Shown one piece after another: positions 33,811 through 38,848 of a DNA stretch of 38,848 bases. Position 1 is the first letter of the stretch; each line of letters begins with the position of its first letter. A model generated the notes under the pieces. The model saw only the letters and a program-made list of their open reading frames with translations. It did no database searches and was not told where the DNA came from. The stretch covers positions 611,061 through 649,908 of the forward strand of contig KV454017.1 in NCBI GenBank assembly GCA_001661245.1, in the 5' to 3' direction. A program made the position numbers and the translations under genes. This stretch comes from Pachysolen tannophilus NRRL Y-2460. Its lineage: Eukaryota.

Positions 33811-36105
33811 ATGAAGACTATAAAGAAAATTAAAAGGTATTTTATGTATGGGAATGAGGATGAAGATTATGGGCGATACCACTCTTCTCATCAAAAATCG
33901 TCATTAATGGCGATCTGGATTGGTTTGTTTTGTGCGTTAGGTGGGTTTTTATACGGTTATGACACTGGTGTTATTAATGGATTATTAGCAATGAAGGTGG
34001 TGAAGAAGAGGTTTGCAGCAAATGGAGAATCATTTACTGCTTTAGAAACAGCGGAGATCACTGCGATCTTATCACTGGGGACATTTTTCGGTGCACTTTT
34101 TGCATCTGTATTATCGGATAGAGTTGGGAGGAGACTTACAATTATATTGACAACATCGTTACTGTTCCCATTAGGAACAGCATTACAAGTAAGTTCATCT
34201 TCAATCCCTTTATTATGTACAGGAAGGTTTGTTAGTGGATTCGCAGTGGGAATAATATCAGCAGTGGTTCCTCTATATCAATCAGAAGCATCTCCAAAAT
34301 GGATTAGAGGTGCTGTTGTTTCCACTTATCAATTTGCAATTACTTGGGGGCTTCTTGTTTCTTCGGCAGTTTGTCAAGGAACTCATGCTATAGGTGATTC
34401 TAGGTCTTATAGAGTACCCATTGGTCTTCAATTAATATGGACATATATTTTGGCAATAGGAATGTATTTTTTACCAGAATCACCAAGATTTTATGTTAAA
34501 AAAGATCGATTAGAAGATGCAATAGAAGCATTATCAAGATTAAGAAAATTACCTCCATCAGATGAATTTTTAATTGAAGAATTAATCGATATTAAAGCAC
34601 AACATGATTATGAGTTGAGTTTTGGAAAAGCAACTTTATTAGATTGTTTTAGAAGTTCTCCAAGTAGGCATAAACAATTTTTACGTATGATGACAGGAAT
34701 TGGATTACAAGCTTTACAACAATCTTCCGGAATAAATTTTATATTTTATTATGGTGTTAATTTTTTTGAAAAAGCAGGTGTTTCTCAATCATACATTATA
34801 TCATTGGTAACATATCTGGTTAATGTCATAGCAACAATTCCAGGTATAGTATTAGTTGAGGTCATTGGTAGAAGAAAACTATTAGTTGGTGCAGCAGGTG
34901 TAATGACAGTGGCAAATCTAACAATAGCTATAGTTGGTGTTACTACAGATTCTTTAGTTGCAGATAATGTAATGATTGTATTATTGTGTATTTTCATTGC
35001 AACATTTGCTTCTTCATGGGGTCCTGTTGTATGGGTCATTTGTAGTGAGATTTATCCCTTGGATATTAGAGGTAAAGCTGTTTCAATCACTGCAGCATCC
35101 AATTGGATAGTTAATTTTGCATTTGCATTTATAACACCCTATTTAATTGATACAGGAAAACATACTGCTTCATTAGGAACAAAAATTTTTTTCATTTGGG
35201 GAGGATGTAATTTTATTGGACTGATGTTTGTTTATTTCTGTGTATATGAAACAAAAGGTTTAATGTTGGAAGAAGTTGATGAAATGTACAATGCATGCAA
35301 CTCTCTGTTGAGTTCGGGTCTGTACAAGTCCAAACTTCATCGCAACTATAGTGACAATAATGATAATGATAATGATAACAATATAAACAATGGAATTGAA
35401 TCAGATTCAACAATAACTACAACAAATAATGGTGAATCAACAAAGGAAGAAAAAACAGAGACAAATACAGTACCAACTAGTCTAACAGTGACAAGTACAA
35501 GTACAAGTGGAAGCAATGCTTTACCTTTATTTTCATCTCAAGATCCTAATTTCCACAATATTGTACCAGGATTAGATATGGTTACTCCAGGAAAGTTTTT
35601 ACCAAATTTGACGACTTCAAAACAACCAAACATTTTACAACAAGCTAGGGTAGAGTCTAATCAGCTTTTCCATGTCAACTTAAGTAGCAGGCCACCTTCA
35701 TCTGTGGAATCTGTATCATCGTTTGACGATGACAATGACAATGACGATGAAAATTGCGACTTGAACAACGTCTGTAGCGACGATGACGAAGACGAATACG
35801 ACGAAGACGAAGACAACGATAATGACAACGACAACGATGGGGGATTATTAGGTGGAGAAAGGAATATTTTTGGTGGTAGTGGCGGCGGATATATCAACGA
35901 AGTAGACTTATCAAATTTTATAAACAGCTTGAAAAGAGAACGATTACAACAGCAGAGCATGCAAGAACAACAACAACAACAGGAACAACAGGAACAACAA
36001 TTAGGACTGCTGGATGGTACTATCGTTGAGAACAGTCACACAGATCACAGTAATACGTGTGATGGTTCCGAAGTCAAGAACCACAAGGGTAAGAACGAAA
36101 CATGA
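33811..36105 (+). CDS. SNF3: Snf3/Rgt2-type hexose transporter-like glucose sensor with a long C-terminal tail
   Basis: Sugar-porter motifs (GFLYGYDTG, SEASPKWIRG, PESPRF, GINFIFYYG, VYETKGLMLEEVDEMY) plus a tail of about 270 aa with a degenerate sensor box (NLSSRPPSS then an acidic run). Directly upstream of NUS1, as SNF3 is in S. cerevisiae. Confidence 0.85.
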   Translation: MKTIKKIKRYFMYGNEDEDYGRYHSSHQKSSLMAIWIGLFCALGGFLYGYDTGVINGLLAMKVVKKRFAANGESFTALETAEITAILSLGTFFGALFASVLSDRVGRRLTIILTTSLLFPLGTALQVSSSSIPLLCTGRFVSGFAVGIISAVVPLYQSEASPKWIRGAVVSTYQFAITWGLLVSSAVCQGTHAIGDSRSYRVPIGLQLIWTYILAIGMYFLPESPRFYVKKDRLEDAIEALSRLRKLPPSDEFLIEELIDIKAQHDYELSFGKATLLDCFRSSPSRHKQFLRMMTGIGLQALQQSSGINFIFYYGVNFFEKAGVSQSYIISLVTYLVNVIATIPGIVLVEVIGRRKLLVGAAGVMTVANLTIAIVGVTTDSLVADNVMIVLLCIFIATFASSWGPVVWVICSEIYPLDIRGKAVSITAASNWIVNFAFAFITPYLIDTGKHTASLGTKIFFIWGGCNFIGLMFVYFCVYETKGLMLEEVDEMYNACNSLLSSGLYKSKLHRNYSDNNDNDNDNNINNGIESDSTITTTNNGESTKEEKTETNTVPTSLTVTSTSTSGSNALPLFSSQDPNFHNIVPGLDMVTPGKFLPNLTTSKQPNILQQARVESNQLFHVNLSSRPPSSVESVSSFDDDNDNDDENCDLNNVCSDDDEDEYDEDEDNDNDNDNDGGLLGGERNIFGGSGGGYINEVDLSNFINSLKRERLQQQSMQEQQQQQEQQEQQLGLLDGTIVENSHTDHSNTCDGSEVKNHKGKNET

Positions 36106-37057
36106 CTGGCACACACAAGGAAATTGGATGTCAATATGTATTTTCGATTACATTACACCTACATATATACTTTAAGCATTTATTTTATTTCGATTGTTTT
36201 TTTATTAAAAATTTTTCAGAGATGGAAACTTTTTTTCTTCTCTACTCTTTATTTCTATTTATAATAATCTTTTTCTCTATTTTTTTATTTTATTTTATTT
36301 TTTTTTTTTTCTTTTTACTAAGCTACATTTACACTAAAACACAAGTGTCTCAGGCTTCATCTTTGACCCAATTAACTCAATCCTGGTTGGATGGTGCCTT
36401 ATATCTTGCTGTTAAAAACAATATTTATAATTTTATACTGGTTAATGTTATTACTGGATTTAAAAAAAAAACCTAAAATTACCTAAAAAGGATATTTCGT
36501 TTGTAGACGCACTACCTGAATTTAAACACTTTTTTTTTTTTTATTTTTTATTTTTTTGATTCATAACAAACAAAGGATGAGGAAGAGAAGAGATTTAAAT
36601 GAATTAGTTTAAATTGTTTAATTGTTTAAATTTGTTAAATTATTTAATTTTTTAAAAAGGTTTTAGAACCGCTGTAATAACATTTGAAAATTTGGATTTT
36701 GCAAAAGAATTTTTTTATTTTTATTTTTTTTTGTTTTTGCTTTCAATTAAATGTATCTTAATTGAAATTGGTAAAGTTAAAAGGAAAGGGGATATTTTTT
36801 TTTTGTCAAGTTTAAAAGTAATAGCTTTTGTTACAAATAGATATTTATTTATTATTATTATTATTATTTTCTTGAAAACAAGGTTATTTTCTTGAAAGGG
36901 ATAACAGATAACAGATAATTACATTTTAATTATAAAATTCGAATAGAATTTTTCACAGACATCGTTTGGTTTATTAAAAGGTTTTTTGGAAATTTTATAA
37001 AATTTCAATTATTTTTTTGTTTTTGTCATATTAAAAAAGAGTGTAAGAATAGAAGCT

Positions 37058-38172
37058 ATGTCAGATATTGGATCATTGAAAAAGAGACATGATACTTCAA
37101 AGAGAATATCAGATTTTAAATTACATGAACATTTATCGAATAATAATAAGCATTCCAATTCTTTGGTTACGAAACCATCTGAAGTTAAGAAATCACCACA
37201 ACCGCCGCTTTATAATTTTGATAGCATCCCTATAACTACTTCAAAATTGATTCAAACAGCATATGAGACGCGAGGTCCAAATTTAGATCAACAAGAAGGT
37301 GAAGATATTGATAATGATAATGATAATGGGAAAAATGGAAATAAAAGTACTTTATTACCATTTTTTTTTATCATAGTTTATTACTTATTTTTTACCTTGT
37401 TTTATCAATTTATAGGCTGTTTGAATTTTCATTTAACAAGATAAAATTAAGATTTTTAAGTTTAGCTTATAATCCATCAAAAACACCATTATTAATTAAT
37501 GAAGATGTGAATAAATTACCCAAGATTCCAAAACGTGTTTCTACAATCTTAAATTATAAACCTGAAGAAGAAGAAAATGGTGGTATAGATGGTTTACTTA
37601 ATGATGGATCTGAAGTTGTTACATGGTGTTTATCAAGTGGTATAAATTGTTTATCAATCTATGAGTATAATGGTATTTTAAAGAAACATATACCTGAATT
37701 ACGCCGTTCAATTTATAAAAAATTAGCAACATATTTTGGTCCAGATAATATTCCCAATTTTTCTGTAAAAATTCCTCATTTAAATTTAATTTATTATGGG
37801 GTTGAAGATTATGATATTGATGAAAATAATCAAAAGAAGATTGATATTGAAATTTCTCTTCTTTCAGTAATTGATGGAAGACAAACAATTGTTGATTTAA
37901 CAAAGATTATGGCAGATATGGCTAAAAATGATGAGATTAAGGTTGAAGACATCAAGATTGGGTTTGTTGATGATGAATTGAGAGAACTTGTTGGAGAAGA
38001 ACCAGATTTATTAATTTTATTCCAACCATATATCGATTTACAAGGTTATCCTCCTTGGCACATTAGATTAACGGAAATCTATTGGGAAGATGATAATGAC
38101 CAGGTTGCTTACAGCGTTTTCTATAGAGCATTAATGAAATACTCGACTTGTAAAGTCAATGTCGGTAAATAA
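37058..38172 (+). CDS. NUS1: cis-prenyltransferase subunit Nus1, interrupted by an apparent frameshift at T9 (37361-37369)
   Basis: The second frame has KLRFLSLAYNPSKTP, IPKRVSTIL, EPDLLILF..LQGYPPWHIRLTEI and C-terminal NVGK. One extra T joins the two frames into 371 aa. Confidence 0.88.
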
Positions 38173-38800
38173 TAATAATAATCAGGGAAGAAGAAAATGA
38201 GTTTAAAAATCATTTCAATTTTTTTCTTTTCTTTTTTTTTTTTTTTTTTTGTTCTTCTCCTTCTTCTTTTCTTCTTCTTCTTTTTTTTCTTTTTTTTTTC
38301 TACTTTTCTTTTTCTTTTATTATTCTCAAGGGGTCAATGGTTATATATAGAGATTATATAACTATTTATTATCGTCAAAATAGATTATTTTTTAGGGGTT
38401 TCTTTGATAAAAAAATGCAATGAATTAAAATATAATAATAAATAATAATATATGGATCATCTCCACATATAGTGCACTTAAATACAAATATTCCATATTA
38501 GGCAATTAATTGAATAAGTACACGACTTTTGTACACTTTTTTTTTGCCTTTCTCCGCCAATAAATATAAAATTAAACCTTTTTCAAATCTACACAGTACA
38601 ATAAAACACAATCAAGAGTATGATGAAAAGTATCATTTTTAAAACTTTTCTATATCTACATAGAAACAATTGAAATATAAATTTTAAGTATAAAAAAAAA
38701 AATTGTGTAAAAATCAAATCTCTACATTAAATTGTATAAAAAACAATTCACATATTAGTTGTATAAGTGTATCGTAACCCTTGAACATTTTTGATTTTTC

Positions 38801-38802
<2 letters not shown>

Positions 38803-38847
<45 letters not shown>
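38803..38847. repeat. T45 homopolymer at the window end
   Basis: Direct read; may mark a contig end. Confidence 0.9.

Positions 38848-38848
<1 letters not shown>

Noticed and set aside
36102..36476. 124-aa ORF immediately after the glucose sensor
   Set aside because: Phe/Ile/Leu-rich translation of T-rich terminator sequence with no homology cues. The same applies to 2881-3109, 29707-29898, 31325-31528, 33697-33894 and 36692-36895.
36607..36629. Three tandem TTAAAC (S. pombe DSR hexamer) on the minus strand, suggesting a meiRNA-like locus
   Set aside because: Embedded in an extremely AT-rich, low-complexity tandem repeat; nothing in the sequence links it to the Mei2-like gene.
38619..38640. 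ATGATGA box C-like motif after NUS1
   Set aside because: No downstream CTGA box D or recognisable rRNA guide.

Overview
AT-rich, gene-dense, intron-containing chromosomal segment of a budding yeast (Saccharomycotina). It holds 19 protein-coding loci: CRD1, CCT4, CDC123, a Mei2-like three-RRM gene, MSH5, SAS10, RPC53, CCL1, ATP1, COP1, JHD1, RSM18, PKP1, LDB17, ATG38, RPN5, a YNL234W-like globin, a Snf3/Rgt2-type glucose sensor, and NUS1 (frameshifted at a T9 run). I reconstructed ten spliceosomal introns by hand that the ORF track misses. CTG codons fall at positions that are Ala in orthologues, which points to the CUG-Ala code (Pachysolen/Nakazawaea/Peterozyma clade). The most notable element is an intact homologue of the fission-yeast meiotic regulator Mei2, which S. 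cerevisiae lacks. It lies head-to-head with MSH5 across a 355-bp spacer rich in GACAT inverted repeats, and the introns of both genes have degenerate splice signals. All homology calls rest on recalled family motifs; no database searches were run. No tRNA, rRNA, transposon or CRISPR features were recognised.
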